64,000 bases of DNA from Gordius albopunctatus (lineage: Eukaryota). The notes beneath the pieces were generated by a model. It made no database searches. It was not told the origin of the DNA and was given only the letters and a program-made list of their open reading frames with translations. Shown in pieces: positions 12,801-27,800 of the stretch. A program made the position numbers and the translations under genes. The DNA lies in assembly GCA_964276515.1 (NCBI GenBank), contig OZ193910.1:5642001-5706000 (forward strand). Reading direction: 5' to 3'. Position 1 is the stretch's first letter, and each line of letters opens with the position of its first letter.

Positions 12801-15800
12801 CATTGATGACAGTCTTAATTTTAAGAATACAACAAACATAACTGAGACGGTAACAAATTATGTTATTTATTTATATGCTCCGTAAAAAATATGAGAAATT
12901 TAAAATGCTCTTTATTCATTAAAGTACCCAATAAAAATCAAAAAATGCTCAGTAGAATTAAATACAAGACACACTAATTTGATTTCTTTAATAAATACTC
13001 CTGAAAACGGTGTAAATAACAAAATAATAGCTGGGTTTGTGAAGAGGGAGAACCTGTAATCAATGGCGCAATCGTTGAAACTCATGTGCAGCTCGTCAAT
13101 CCTGTGCAAGGGGGCACAACTGAAAGCATATTCGGCGAGGGTAAAGAATTCGTAAATGCAACTGTACCAAACTTCGTTTTGATGTGCTAACTTATGATCT
13201 AGCAGGGCTCCATTCAAGCACACGCTTAATGTGGTTTCCTAAATCAAAACAAAAAACTGAAATACAATCTTAACAATTTTTTCATACAATTTTAAAATGT
13301 GTTTAACATCTAAGTGCCTACTTATCTATTAAATCAATGAGATTTCGAATTGATAAAGGAGCGCAGGGGAATTTACCGTCACAAAAAAATAAACAGGTTT
13401 TACTCGTGTAAATTATAGGATCCTTGAAATTTTAGATTTAAGGGTCTCGATTGCATTTTGTATTGAAATTTTAAATTCCCATCTAAACATATAAATAAAG
13501 TGCTACAAACAGTGGCCTGAATATGAATGTGTCACAAATGGGTCATAGAGGCGTTAAAAACTTAATCATACTTCGATCGACCATATAAAATAAACCAGGG
13601 CCCTGGTGGGAAGGGGGAGGAGGGAAGGGGGAACGAAACTCATCTATACTCCGTATAAACGTAGCATATTTGCTATGCAATTTATGGGGCAGAAAGGTGG
13701 GAAGGAACGAGAATTCCTATATGGGGTATAAAATGCAAAATTATTAGTTAATTATATTTATACAAATATTTAAAAAGTTAAAGTTTTGTAAAACCTGCTA
13801 TAAAACATTTATTAATACTTTATTTATTGAGGAATAGGTTTTCTTTCATTCATTCTTATTTATCAACTTCTAATCAAAAGGACGAAAGGAACGCAAATAG
13901 AGGGTATGACCTTGGAAAAGCCAATAGTCATCCTTCCAAAACGTACAACTTTAAATTTAGAGTTTTTTTATACTGCATAAATTTAAAAAATTTGGTGTAG
14001 GCGACCCATAATTTGAATTATGAAGACTCTATTCAAATCATGCGCATATGTATAGTAAAAACAAGATATTAAAAAAACGAAAAAATTCATTGGTCATTTT
14101 TTATATCACTTTGGCCAGTGGTCATTTTTTCTAATGGTTTGCAGACAACCAAATAACTAGCTTATATTTTTAATCTAGGAAAAAAATTGATTTTAATATC
14201 ACTTTTGTCAGTGGTCATTTTTTAATTGGTCAGTAGCCAGCAAACAGCCAGATAGCCTATATTTAAAATATAAAAAAATTTGCTACACTTTGGCCAATGG
14301 TCAAAAAGGATATAAATACATGAGAGACGAAAAAAAATTTTGATTCACAATTTGGCCAAACGTCATCTTTTTCATTGGTCAGTAGCCAGGACAAGGTCAA
14401 AAAGTCATATTATCAATGGTATTAACAAGACCAATATATTAATTTAATGTTAACAAATTTTTTTACCTCTCCGGGTATTAAGCCAGCAATTAAGAACGTT
14501 GGACGGACGGACGGACAACAAAAAGTGAGCCCATAAATTGCATAGCAATTAAAAAAATCCAAAATTATCAAATTGCAATTAAATCCCATAAATAACTAGA
14601 AATGTCAATAAAACATGTTGGTGTCAAAATCTTTTACTTTAACCAGAAACTCGCTAGCCCATAAATCTACTTTTGACCATGATAATTAAATAAATAATGA
14701 GCGTAGCCAGCATTGGAATTAGATGGGTGCTATAATGATTTAGGGAGGGTCAAAATGATCTTTTTTCGAAATTTTAGGCCATAATTCTAATAAATTTTTG
14801 GATTTAGAGGGGGGCAGTCGCCCCCCCCCTGCCCCCCCCCCGGCTAGGCCCATGAATATAATACAAACGGCAATTAGTGAATATACCTTAACACCGGAGG
14901 CCCGGTTAAAATTGGATAGGGACGATAGTACCAGCATATCATCGAGCTCCTCCCTTTTAGCATCTACCGAGCAATGGGATTCTTTGCTAGTCCCTGGTGC
15001 TGGTCGTTTATCTCGCAATTCAAATTCCAAATCTTCCAGCGTTTCATCTCCTCGTCCCAAACTAGATGGGGAGTAGGAAAAACTTTTAGGAACGTTGAAT
15101 GGCTTGTGAGGATCAAAACTGTTTGCATCGGGGGCAATTGTGTCTTTGGTGAATGAGGGTTGATTTTTGGCACCGGGATCCCAGGTTTGGCAAGGAAGCT
15201 TAGATCTAATCAAGGTGTAACAAGGCTGAGCGGCATGACATATAGACTGGCCCAGACCGAGCTTAGTGCTTGAAGAAGCTTCCGAAAGGCCTGGTAAATT
15301 AAATTCCCCATAGGCCTTGCCTTCTGCTTCGCAATTTGTATCTTTAATTTGATAGGAGAAATACATTTTGTTAGCGGTATTAAATTAGATATAAAGATAT
15401 TAAACAAAATTGCTCGACGTGTAGATTAGGTTAGGGTTAGCCTAATATCTTTTAGAGTTACCTTAAATTTATGAAAATAATTTTAAAGAATGTTTTGTTT
15501 GGAAAGGGATCTTTAGTGATCATATTCATCAACTCTATTCATTTCAAGGTATTTGTACTTTTATTTAGCCGTACAAATACTTTGGCTAAACCCAATTTGA
15601 TCAATAACACTTTAATTGATTTCAAAACATTTCATATAATTTTGATAGCTAAAAAAACAATTTACGTACAAAGAGAGAACCCTAACCGGGAAAATTTTAT
15701 ATCCATTACCCCCTGCGATTGCATTGTCGTGCCTGATGATCCACTTAAGTCGCTTATAAGCTCTGACATGATAAAAATCTTATTAAAACAATAATTTTCA

Positions 15801-18800
15801 ACAATAACGCTTCTGAGGTGTCTAAAAGTCAAAACTAAATTACACCATGTTTAAATTTCTCAAAAAGCTTAGCTATAACTTTAAATTTACGGGCAAAGTT
15901 GGCTTGAAAATGACCCAGGCGAACCATTATGTCGTGAGGGTTGTCATGCTTTTCATGCGTGTACGTCAAGAGGGTGTACGAATTGCGAAATTCGACGAAA
16001 AATTGGGAATATTTCGTCGAATTCATTTCTCCCTTGGACCCCGGATAGTTTCGCTTGCAATAAAAATAAGTATGTCTTTATTATTAATATGATAGCAGTT
16101 ATTAGTTTCTTAAAGTCTAGATTCATATTTAATTTAAAGGGAAATTATAATTTAAGGTCACGCGCTAAATGGTATAAGAAAACGAATTTGATAAGCGGAA
16201 TAACGAACTCCTGGCCAATTTAACTTTGTAATCTTCAATCAATATGTGAAAAACAACGGCTTTCCTGAAACCAAAGATATACTCCTAAGTATGCGTGTTT
16301 AGATTCAGGTTAAGTAATACTTACTAATAGATCTTGTATCTCTCATGGCGATCAATCAAAATTGGGCCTAGCCTTTTAATTGTCATAATGAAAATGATAA
16401 TCCAACTATTGGTAAAGAATTTTCTGTAACGATCCTCGCCAAAGATTTAAATTTTATTTTTATGAAGCTTACTAGTATAGAAAGGAACTAACATGATTTG
16501 GGCTAATGCGTTGTAATTATGTGAATACCCGTTGTTTTGGAAGTAGGGTGTTTATGACGACTTGCCCCTTTTGAATGTTAACACGGAGTGACATGAAGCG
16601 ATGTAAGGGGTCAATAGTTGAATCGGAAAATTTTTCGTAACTTACTTCTAAATCATATCAATTATTTTTTTGAGTAAAAGCATAAACTGAATGAACGAGG
16701 TATGCGTGGCTAAACTCACACAGATTATCTTTAACGTTTTCCTATCCGTGACCAAACATTTGATAAAAAAGTGGTTTTTGTTATTGCGTTTTATTTTTGA
16801 CAATAACGTTTATTTGTCACTTAGTTAAGCGCAGCACGGGTGACTCCGAACCCTAGTAAGGAGGGGGCCTCGAGCTATAAAATGTATATCTATTTCGGAT
16901 TAGATTCGAATAAATTTAATTCAAATGGCCAAAATAGCTGTCTAATAAAATATATATTTTTTTTATCAAATCTCTTTTAAGCATAGAAATGTTTTGTTAT
17001 ATCCCGAATTTGTAAATGAAAATTTCACCTATCAAAAATGCTAGCCCGACTCAATATTTAGCCTATGTTGCTTAACCTGATGACCTATCATGCAAGACTA
17101 ATAAATTAGTTTTAAAAGTAATATTACTAGCTTATGCGACGCTTTACTTATATAATTATTACATACCCAAAAATTAAAAATTATATACAATATCTTATCA
17201 GGCAACTTTTTAACAATTACAACCAATATTTACAATATGCAATATAGTATCTTTTACAAAATAACTTATCTAACCAACGTAACAAATTTTTTTTTTTTAA
17301 AAACAACTGCAATGCCACTTACTCTATCCTTAAGGTTGTCCTTTATCCTCCCACTCATAATTACTCAGAGTCTTACAATAAATCATCAGTTTTGACATGA
17401 ATAAATTCTTTTCTTTGTCTGATAAAATTCATATACATATTAAATGGTCCTTTTAAAAGCCCTATGCCCCTTGTGTCATCGAAATATCTCATTAAACAAA
17501 AAGAATTGTTTTTTACAACATGGCCCTGTCTCCAATAAATGCCCCTCCTCGGGGAAGCTCGCTCCCCCAAACACTACATGTCCACCATCAACCTTAATAT
17601 TGGAAGATAACATTATTCTCAGTCCCTCTGGTACTGATATTCCTAATCTAATACCTCATCAAACCTATTATACCTCAAATGAAAAAAATGACATGACATG
17701 GAGTACAGCCTTTTTATCTCAAACATTCCCACCAACCATATCCAGAATTCCAAGGGGGGCCCGGGTGTGCATGCAACAGTTTTTAATAAACTTACTTAAC
17801 AATATTATTTTTCTCCCTCAGAACCTTTCCTATTGGGAGAAACTATTTAAATTCTCTTTTTACATTTTATCCATTCCTCAAGACAAAGAAGCAAATATCA
17901 CTCATAATATTAAACAATCAGTTTTAAAGTTCGACAGTCAAAACAGCCCTCCAGCATATAACATTGAGAGAAAGGAATCCCACATATTAACTCCCAAACA
18001 AAAAGCGAATATGATCTCTAGAAAAATCCACGCTTTCAACATAAAAGGTGCAATCAGATATCTTGAAGAAGACAATTCATTTCTGAGTCCTTCACAAAAA
18101 TCATACGAAGAAATGGTTCTCAAACACCCCCAGAGTCTATCGTCTACTTACCTATCGCCCTCGCAACCTTCAGATATTGCTTTTAAGTCACCAGAAATTC
18201 GAGATGCCATCTTATACTTTCCCATGGATTCTGCAGGTGGTCTCGACGGCATAAAACCAATTTTCTTAAAAGATCTTATAACAATTGATAATAATAACTC
18301 CTCCATCTTATTAGACTTGGGAGTATACCTAAAGAAATAACGCCCATAGTCTTTGGAGCTAAGCTTTTAGCTATTAGGAAGGCCGACAATTCAGCCAGGC
18401 CTATCGCTATCGGCGGTGTTTTTCGAAGAATTATTTCTAAATTAATTTGCTCGGCGATCAAACCAATATTGACCCCAACTTTAATTCCGCATCAACAAGG
18501 CTTTGGGGTCAAAGGAGGGTGCGAGATAGCTACCCATGCCGCACGCTTAGCCCTGGAACACCTCCCACCGGGTGACTCCTTTATAAAACTGGATTTTAAA
18601 AATGCTTTCAACAGCATTCGCCGCACTGCTTTCATTAATGAATTTATCAAACTGTTTCCCCACTACACCAACTACATCATTTTAAGTTATGGATGCCCTT
18701 CGATTTTGAAATTTGGAGAATTCTTCATCGAATCCGCAGAAGGGATCCAACAAGGCGATCCTCTAGGCCCCCCTTTATTCTGCTTGGCCATAAATCACCT

Positions 18801-21800
18801 AATTAACGAAATTAACAAACACTGTAAACTTACTCTTAATGTCTGGTATCTTGATGACGCCACTCTTGTTGGGACCCCTGACAACCTAGCCCAAGCACTA
18901 GATGTAATACATGCTTTTTTCCCCACTCTTAACTTATGTTTAAACGCCTCTAAAAGTGAAATATATTCTGACTTGGATAATATTCACCCAAAGTTTTTTG
19001 ACTTTGCCAAAATTAAAAAAGACAATTTGTATGCTTTAGGCGCACCTATCGGGGGACCCCAGTGCCTTAAAAAATTTTTAGACAAAAATCTCTCTTCTTT
19101 AAAAACCAAATTAGACATTTTTAAATCTATGCCATCTCATCATTCTTTTTATATTATAAAAAATTATTACAACATTAGCAAAATTTTATTCTGCTTCCGC
19201 TCTACGCAAGCTTTTTTATTTAAAGAAGTTTTACACGACTATGAAAACTTTTTTAAATCCACTCTTGAATCAATTTTAAATATTTCCTTTAACACCAATA
19301 CTTGGCTTCAAGCCACACTTCCCACAAAATCCGGTGGCCTTGGTATTCGCTCCCCATCTGCGATTTCCCTAGCCGCCTTTATTTCTTCCTCTCTATCTTT
19401 TAAACATCATATCAACGACCTTGTCCCATTCCCACTTAATCCCTCTATAAATCAAGCCCTATCCTTATGGAATGAGAACGTCAATGTAGGAGCTAATATA
19501 CCACAATCATACGCTCAAAAAGATTTGGATGCAAGCTTGGTGTCGCGGTCCGTTGCTTACCTTCTCTCGACATGCGACGCCAAACAGCATTGCAACCTTA
19601 GGTCATTGGCTTTCGACCAATCCGGACATGAATGGCTTGAAGCTTACCCTAGTAAGTTTTCGGGTATGTTTTTGGAGAATCCTACCCTCTCCTACAATAT
19701 AGCCCTCCGCTTGGGCTGTAAATACACGTCCTCATACCCCTGCCGGCTTTGTAATTCACTTGTAGATGAGGAAGCACGTCACCCCCTGCATTGTAAATTT
19801 AATAAAAGCCGGTATGGTAGGCACCAAAAAATAAATACACTACTTCAAGCTGCCCTCAAACGGGCAAAAGTCCCTTCGATCCTTGAACCTTCAGATCCCT
19901 CTCTCGAAGGGCGGATGCGCCCGGACGGTTCGTCCCTTATCCCATGGGACAAAGGCCTTTTCTTAAAATGGGACTACACCTGTATAGACCTTTTTGCCCC
20001 CTCCAACGATACTCACGACCCCCTTGGATCGGCAGAGCATCGGAAATCCTTAAAATATTCAGCTTTATCCCAAAACTCGATTTTTATTCCTATCGTCTCA
20101 TCGTGCTCAGGGACATTTGGGAAGAGCGCTTTAATTTTTTTAAAGAACTCAATAAACGCTCGCCCCCTTGTAAAATATCGAATAGTTTTTTACTACGACA
20201 ATCAATTGCCATCGCGATCGCTAAATCTAATTTTTATTCTTTGATGGATTCAATGCCCATTCTCAAAGATGAAGAAACGGATATTGAGTTTTAACCATTT
20301 TTTTATATAAATGTTTTCGTTCTTGTATCTTTTTATTAATTCCACTCAATATTTAATACTTTTTATTTAATAAAGCATGTCAATTTAAAAAAAAAAAAAT
20401 ATTTAGCCTATGTTGCTTAACCTGATGACCTATCATGCAAGACTAATAAATTAGTTTTAAAAGTAATATTACTAGCTTATGCGACGCTTTACTTATATAA
20501 TTACCATCTATTTGATTTCCTATCAAGGACTGTTCGTTAAATTTCCAACGATTGTGGGCCATTGTTGGGGATGTACTTGAGAGGGGAGCATACGGTGTCC
20601 ACATCAGGAGATCATTTAATAGCCTAGCGTCAATATATAATAATTTAAAACAAATCTTTGAATTTAAGGCATATTTATCTTTTTCATATAAAACTTTGTA
20701 TTGACATTGAATAATACGTAGAATCCAATCATATTTTAATAGGAGTTGACAAACTCTAAACATAGAAATTTCGAATAAAAAGCATATCGAAAATTGGAAT
20801 CATTATTTTAAGATAGCTTGATAAGTGTACAAAATAAAGGAGATATACACGCTATTAAAACCCAAAAACAATCGATTCATTTTACAATTCAAATTAAATA
20901 AGTTATTTATAAATAATAATCTTTAATTCCAAAATCTGCAATCTCCCAATAGGAATTGAGTTAAAAAGTAAAAATAATATGTATATAAGTGTTTTGCTCG
21001 GAAAATTAAATATAAAGCTACACAGGAGAAAAATAATATAACCTCGTGTAGAGAAGTTCGTATAAACTTTTCGATTCGATACAAACAACTACATTGGGTA
21101 GGCTTACGTCAATGAAATATTGCGAATGCCTTTGGAAATGGTTCACAAACTCAAGCATTTCTTCTTTAGTCCCGGGATTTATAATCTGAACAACAGAAGC
21201 ATAAATTCAAATTTATGATTACCGCAGAGAATGATAGGCCAAAGATATGTTAAATAGCTTAACAAAAACATTTATTGCTCCCGTGCTTATGAACTTTATT
21301 TCATTTACAAAGCTTGTTTATTATAATAGCATTAAACGGTCCCAATTGTTTGTTTTATAAACAATCTGATCAAAAAAATAAGATAAGTTGAACAATTATT
21401 ACGCGTTAGTCTTTCACCATATTGGTCTCTTACTGTGGACAAACCAGCAACAAACGCAAAAAAGGCCAACTTTCTCGAAGTACAATTCCATAAATATTAT
21501 AGAAGTGGATTCAAAAAATTAAATAATAAATGATAAATATTGGCCATAACAGATTTTAGTATATAGGGTTCATATATAAATGGTATGTGGTTAAACTTTA
21601 TTATATTACTTTTGATTACATCTTAGAGATCAAGTCTTTTTCTAATTTAATGCCTATTTCTCAAAAGCTACCGATGCTACACCTTTTAAAAGGCTGTAAG
21701 CAAATCTATCCTATGCAGGCGGCGCCGAATTTGGAGAGAATTGAGCGTGCACGAGAAATGTATTTTACCCTCTTGTTTTCGTACATGATGCGTTTACGGG

Positions 21801-24800
21801 TAAATGGGGATGGTCCACTAGGGTGACCATGCTGGTCAGTAGGGGCCTCCTCGCCCACCCCGAAATAATTGTGAAAATCATTGTGTTGTTGACTTTGACT
21901 GTCACCCAATTTGTTCGAAGTTGCGGCCTGAGGATCATTGTAATGGCCGACAGGTTTACCCTTTAAACCCGAATATATAAATTCTTCGCCGGGCCTGGAA
22001 AGATTCAACAGGAGCTCATCTTCCCTGGCACTATGGTATATGGTAGAGAGGTTTGATTTTTGTAGGGCGCAATCCGACACCAAACTTCGGTTGGTCTTTA
22101 TAACGATTCTAAAAAAATGTACAAAATGTCGATGCATATCATATTTGCGGGTGGATGTTTTAAAATTAAAACCTAATATGAATTCAGAATCAAAAAAACT
22201 ACTACTCTTGCAACACCTTAAATCATATCAATTTTATAGACTTTTATAAAACTATTTGAGCCATGTTTTAAGCAAATTAGCTTGTTACAGTCATGTATAT
22301 AGACAGACACTAAGGATCAAATTGTTTAACCCTTTGCCAAATGTACCTCGGTAAAGGTCTATGTTGAGTGGGGCTGTAGTGATTTCCCGAATCAACGAAG
22401 ACTATAGGAGTAATAGCGACTTGCGACCGATCGTCGCAGAGTTTAACTAGGTGAAACAAACAAAAAAATGTCAATAACAATCAGCGGCTAAAATGGGTAT
22501 TTAACCTATGGGGGAATTGATTAACAAAAATCGGGTAAGGCGGCGTGGTCATATACTAAGAAGGGAGACGCATGATTTAAATGGAAAAGTGTTGGAGATG
22601 GAGGTGCCGGGGAAGAGAGGAAAAGGACGGGCTCGTGTTACGTGGAAAGGGCAAGTGGGCAAGTTATGAAAACCAAGGAGATTAATCAAAACGTGGCCTT
22701 TACACCCGATCAAGATGGAACGAACTTAACAAAGCAAGCCCTATGCTGTCGCACCAAATATATGTTAAGAAGATGAGAAAAAATAAACATTTAAAATTTG
22801 CTAAAAATTTTGAAAGCATTAGGAAAAAGTACCAGAAGCTTCGATAAAAGATAGTTCAACATTGCCGTAATCCCCGTCACCCAGGGACGGCGGGCTTGAT
22901 TTGATCAAATTAGTGACATACATATGCTTGATGACTAGTTGTAGATATTCTTTGTGAAGTTTCGTTTTTCGGGCGTTCGTGTGTCCTACTTTGTCCTTGA
23001 AATTAAGTTGAGGATCGAGCTTGGGAAACCTTTATTTTGCAAACAATTTATTTTAGAATTTAATAAATTCGTAATTTATTTTAGTACGACCTTACCTTAG
23101 CTTTGTGGTTAGCTCTTCCACAACAACTTTGCACTCAAACTTTGAATTATTGCAAGGCTTGTAAGAAAATGGCGTTTGAATAACAGGATGTCGCTTAAAT
23201 CCCAACCTTTGCAAGGACGGTGTGGACTTTTTCAGCTAAAACATATATCGAACAGTATGAAAATTTATAATTGATGTTTTTTATACAAGAAATAACCTGA
23301 TTAGCCATATTAATATTAATACAAATAACCTGTTTTAAAAATCATATATTTATAACAAAACTTATATTTATCATGCAAGTTTTAGACTGAAAGCTGAATC
23401 TTTCATTATATATTTATATATATAGAAAAGTTGTAAAAAATTTAAGACAGATTGAATACAAATATTACGGGATCTTCTCTAGGTGAAAAGCGATTTTTGA
23501 AGAGGTGCATCAGCACATCTAGGCGTTCGTACAGAGTTAAATCGAAATCCAAGTAGAGGCACCCCAACCAAGCATCTACTAAGCGTTTAGTGAACGGGCT
23601 TCTATCGATAGGGGTCGATTTGTGGATGTCCAAAGCGTGGTGCCCCCTCGATACTATTTCGGTAAATTCAATTTTGTACCCGCTCTCAACACCCTTCTCA
23701 TGTTTTGGCGCCTCGATTTTCAACAGAACCTTAGCTACTTTAGCAGCTTGACCCGGCTCTCCTGATTCGCATAGCGTTTCGCGAGCGACTAGGGCTTTGC
23801 AATGGAACAGAGCGCGCCAGAACGTTGTGTGATTGGGGAACTGGTTTGTATTGATATTTATACCCAACCCCTTGATGGTAACCCTGTTTAGGTAAAAATT
23901 ACATCATTACTTAGACAATTAATACTAAATCCAAGTGTAATATTAAAGTGAACGAAAGGCATTAGCGTGTTTTTGTTATGGGCTTTAATAAGAACTAAAA
24001 CGTTACAAGTGTGTTATATGTGTTTTTGAGTCAAAACCTTGAAGAAAAGTATCCGTGAGTATTGATTAATTTTTGATTGTCAAATAAATGACAAGAGTGC
24101 GATCATTAGAAAATCAACTCTTTTTAGTTTGTCGTTTACAATGAAAAGAAATTACCCTGACTACCCTTTGTCAAGAAAACTATGTTAAAATTATTATTCA
24201 TTCGACTCGACCGCTACATAAAATAACACCTTGCTCGCTCCTTACAATGTAAATTGTTGGATTTATTAGAAAAATATATATAGAGATCAAAATTCATTCA
24301 ACATTGTCCAAACACTAATTCGCACCAATTTTGGCAAAAATATCAGATGAGAATCCTTAGGGTAAGAACCTCAAATGGTCTCGACGAGGCAAGGCCGCAT
24401 CTGGTACGTTTAAATCATTCCCGTGGTTGTCGTAGAAAGCGAGCCATTTTTCGATATCCGTATTTATACTGGGACAATCGTCGTAAATTAGGATAAAATC
24501 CATAATTTCGCAACGAATCTCTATGCTAGAACATAAACTGCCCTTATCCTGGCTCACCCCAAATCCATGCCCCGCTTTGCCCACACCCTTGTCATTCGAG
24601 TAATCGCCTGGCCCACGATTTTCGTCATTACACCAAGATGATTTCTCTGGATGAAACGAAGGTGCCACTCTTTTGCTACTGTAATCGTTATATACGGAAG
24701 GATAGCTAAAGCAATGTTCGTATGTTTGCTTGGATTGAATAGGTTTGGGGGTAGTGCTGATGCCACTTTGCTCGGACGTCTTATGATCATGCTTGGAGCT

Positions 24801-27800
24801 GGAAGGACCTTTGTACGATAAAGAGTCATTAACACTAAAACATTTGAAAATGAGGGGAAAAAGTTGTGCGTATATATATATATTTACTACCTCGGTATTT
24901 CATTAAGGCAATCAAGAGCAAAATTTATGCTAAATATTTCTTAGATAACGCTCCTTAATATTAATGTATTTTAATTGTAGAATTTAAAGTATAGTTGTAT
25001 TATTTAAAACATCAGGCAAATCTAGGTGGACTAGGCCGGGGCAAGATGAGCCAAAATACAAGTGCTTTATAAATAATACGTCTATAATAAGCACCTACCC
25101 TCTAAAATAGAAGAATGTTGACAAACATAAACCCGCTTGACGTATGATTTGTTTAAATGCCCTCACTTCAGTTACATGCATTATCCTCTTTTGAGCATTT
25201 AAATCTCCCAGAGACGAATCATATAGCTTTAGCATGTATTGGCTTTCAAAATTCCATACAGAAAAAGATGCAAGTACCGCGGCTCATTTTGTTTCACTCA
25301 TTTTTACAGGCAAAGTTTCTTAGCGTACAAGATTAGCACATTTACAAAGATTGGCCACAAATCAAGCCCCGTAAACAGTATGTTAATCGCCAAAATTTTA
25401 GTTTTGTTTAATTATACGAACCTTGGCAGTTTTTATTTAAAAGGTGACCCACGAAAACATAAATGTTTATCCGCGTTACCTTAGAGCAAGTGTTAAACAA
25501 AATAAGCCAACAAATTGCATATTATGGCATCCAATTCAGTCTAAGATATTCGAATCCAATTTAACAAGTCAAACGATTCTTCTAAAAATCATAGAACAAT
25601 TTAATTTATTGGTTGCCGAATTTAGTTTTATACGTTTTTTTGAATCTATTTATGCAATAATAAATTTACTGATATTTAACAAAAAAAAGATTTAACAGAT
25701 TCAATAATTCTTTTAAAAATCGGGAAATAACTTGTATTCCAAAAGAAGTGAATTTTTAGTGACTAATAAATGCATAAAATATTTAAATAAAAAATCGTTT
25801 TAATGAGGTCGCTTAGAATTAGTTCTTAACATTTTTTGTTTCTAAAATACGTTTATCAGGTGTATGGATATATATTTTGAAATTCTCTTTTTTTCAGCCG
25901 TAAAATCGAATTTGACATCGGGTGTTTTCAAAAAATTTAGGGAATGATTTTTAAATTAATTCGCGAATAAATTATGGTTTATGTGAAATAGCGACTTTAT
26001 ATTCGATAAATATAATTTGATGAAAAAATAAAGATGTTTTGCCAATTTCCCCTACTTTTGTTGTACACGTTGCTCTACTATTTGTTAGACGTGGCTAACA
26101 AAGGGTTGTTGACGTTTTAAATAACTTTTAGTGTTTTAAGCAAATATAGTTAATTTATCCAATTGTCATAAGAATAAAAGTTTTTGTTAATAACCAGACC
26201 CATCGGCGCAGCCAGCATTGGGATTAGAGGGGGCGCACTAATGAGTTAAGGAGGGGCAAAATAATCATTTTTTGAAATTTTAGCCATAATATTAATGAAT
26301 TTCAACAATTTTTTGGGTTTAGAGGGGGGCAGATGCCTCTCCCCCGGTTACGCTCATGACCAAACCAATGTAGTTCAGCTATAAAGTATGGGAGACCGGG
26401 ACTATGTGTTTACGGGGTCCCCACGTCATTTCAAATAATTTTGTCATTAGGATTTGTTTTGCCCTAAAATTTGAATCAAAAATGTAATTTATAAGGGCAC
26501 ATATTGGGCACGAAAAACATTTGGATTAACTCTTATTACAAAAAAAAATTATGCAGAAAATAAGATTTTTCGGGGTTTAAATGTTAGAATTACTCAAAAA
26601 AACGTGTTCCCTCAACTTTTAATAAATTTTATAGCAAAAAGAATCGACCTTTCCATATGATTTATGTGTAAATATATAATTTTGAAAAATTTAATGATCT
26701 TTAAACCTAACTTAAAGTGAAATGATCACCTCGGGGCTATCGTTTCCTTTTTGCTCATTTATTAATAAAGTATAGTCCATAATTGTTATCAAAAAACTAA
26801 CTTTGTAATCTATGAACAAAAGAAACTTAGTTGAAACTTACAAAATGAGTCTTAAATTTAAAATCAGGGCATGTAAGCGCGCATTGGGTGGGGTAAAAAT
26901 TTAAATTAAAAATCGTTTTTATAATTTAACTTTTCATCTTATTTCATGGAAGCGGCCGGAAAAAATAATATTATTATGATATTTGTTACCAAATTAAAAT
27001 TTTTTTTTAGATTTAGCCAAGACAGTAGTTTCAAAACGTATTAAAACCTGGACTGAAAGAGGGTAATAAATTTAAAGCTTAGAAACAAAACATTTAAACT
27101 TAATTTTAAGATGAGGTTGCCAAAATTTAATTATTTCACCATACCCATCAAGACTCTCAAATTGAAGCATACCCTTCTATCCACATAAAAGATTAAATAT
27201 ATATGAGCTAAAAAATATTTACTTAAAGGCCCTTTACTCTGAAAATTTAGGAGATCACTTAAAAATTGTAAAGCTTTATAAGTGTGTGGCATTTGGATTT
27301 ACTTTTTGGAGAGAGAGAATAGAAAGAGAAATTATCGCCAGTTATTTCAGGTGGTGAAGTTTGAAATGTTGAGGCATGATTGTTTGGGAAATAGTATAGA
27401 TCATTGTTATCATCATCTATCCCATGATCTTAACAAATACATATGGTAAAACAAGGTTTAAAAATATCTTACCAGGTATGAAGTTATCGTGTGAAATCAA
27501 AGAGTTATGTTTGGTTGACACATCTCCTATAAAATAAAAGGTAAATTACATTCAAATCAAAATTGAGTATTGTACCAGATTTTTGGTGGACTTTATATAT
27601 AAGGTGTACCAGTCTCACTAATGCATGGGGTTGTAAAATTGCATAGAAACCACCTAACATTAGTTTGATTTCTATCTATATAAATGATATACAATAAATG
27701 AAATAATTTTAAAATACTTTGGGATCAACAGTTTGTGTTAACTGATTCATTGTAATATGTAAAGACGTATTTCCTTTTGATATTAAAATAGGGTTAAATT

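Noticed and set aside
15426..15440. TTAGGTTAGGGTTAG as an interstitial telomeric repeat
   Set aside because: Only about three mixed units; compatible with chance.
17077..17110. CTGATGA in the duplicated target as a hammerhead ribozyme core or snoRNA box C
   Set aside because: No stem II followed by GAAA and no matching box D or terminal stem; it is also antisense to the host intron.
26712..27264. Possible TTAA-flanked TIR element in an ATG2 intron
   Set aside because: Terminal match too short and imperfect to support a call.
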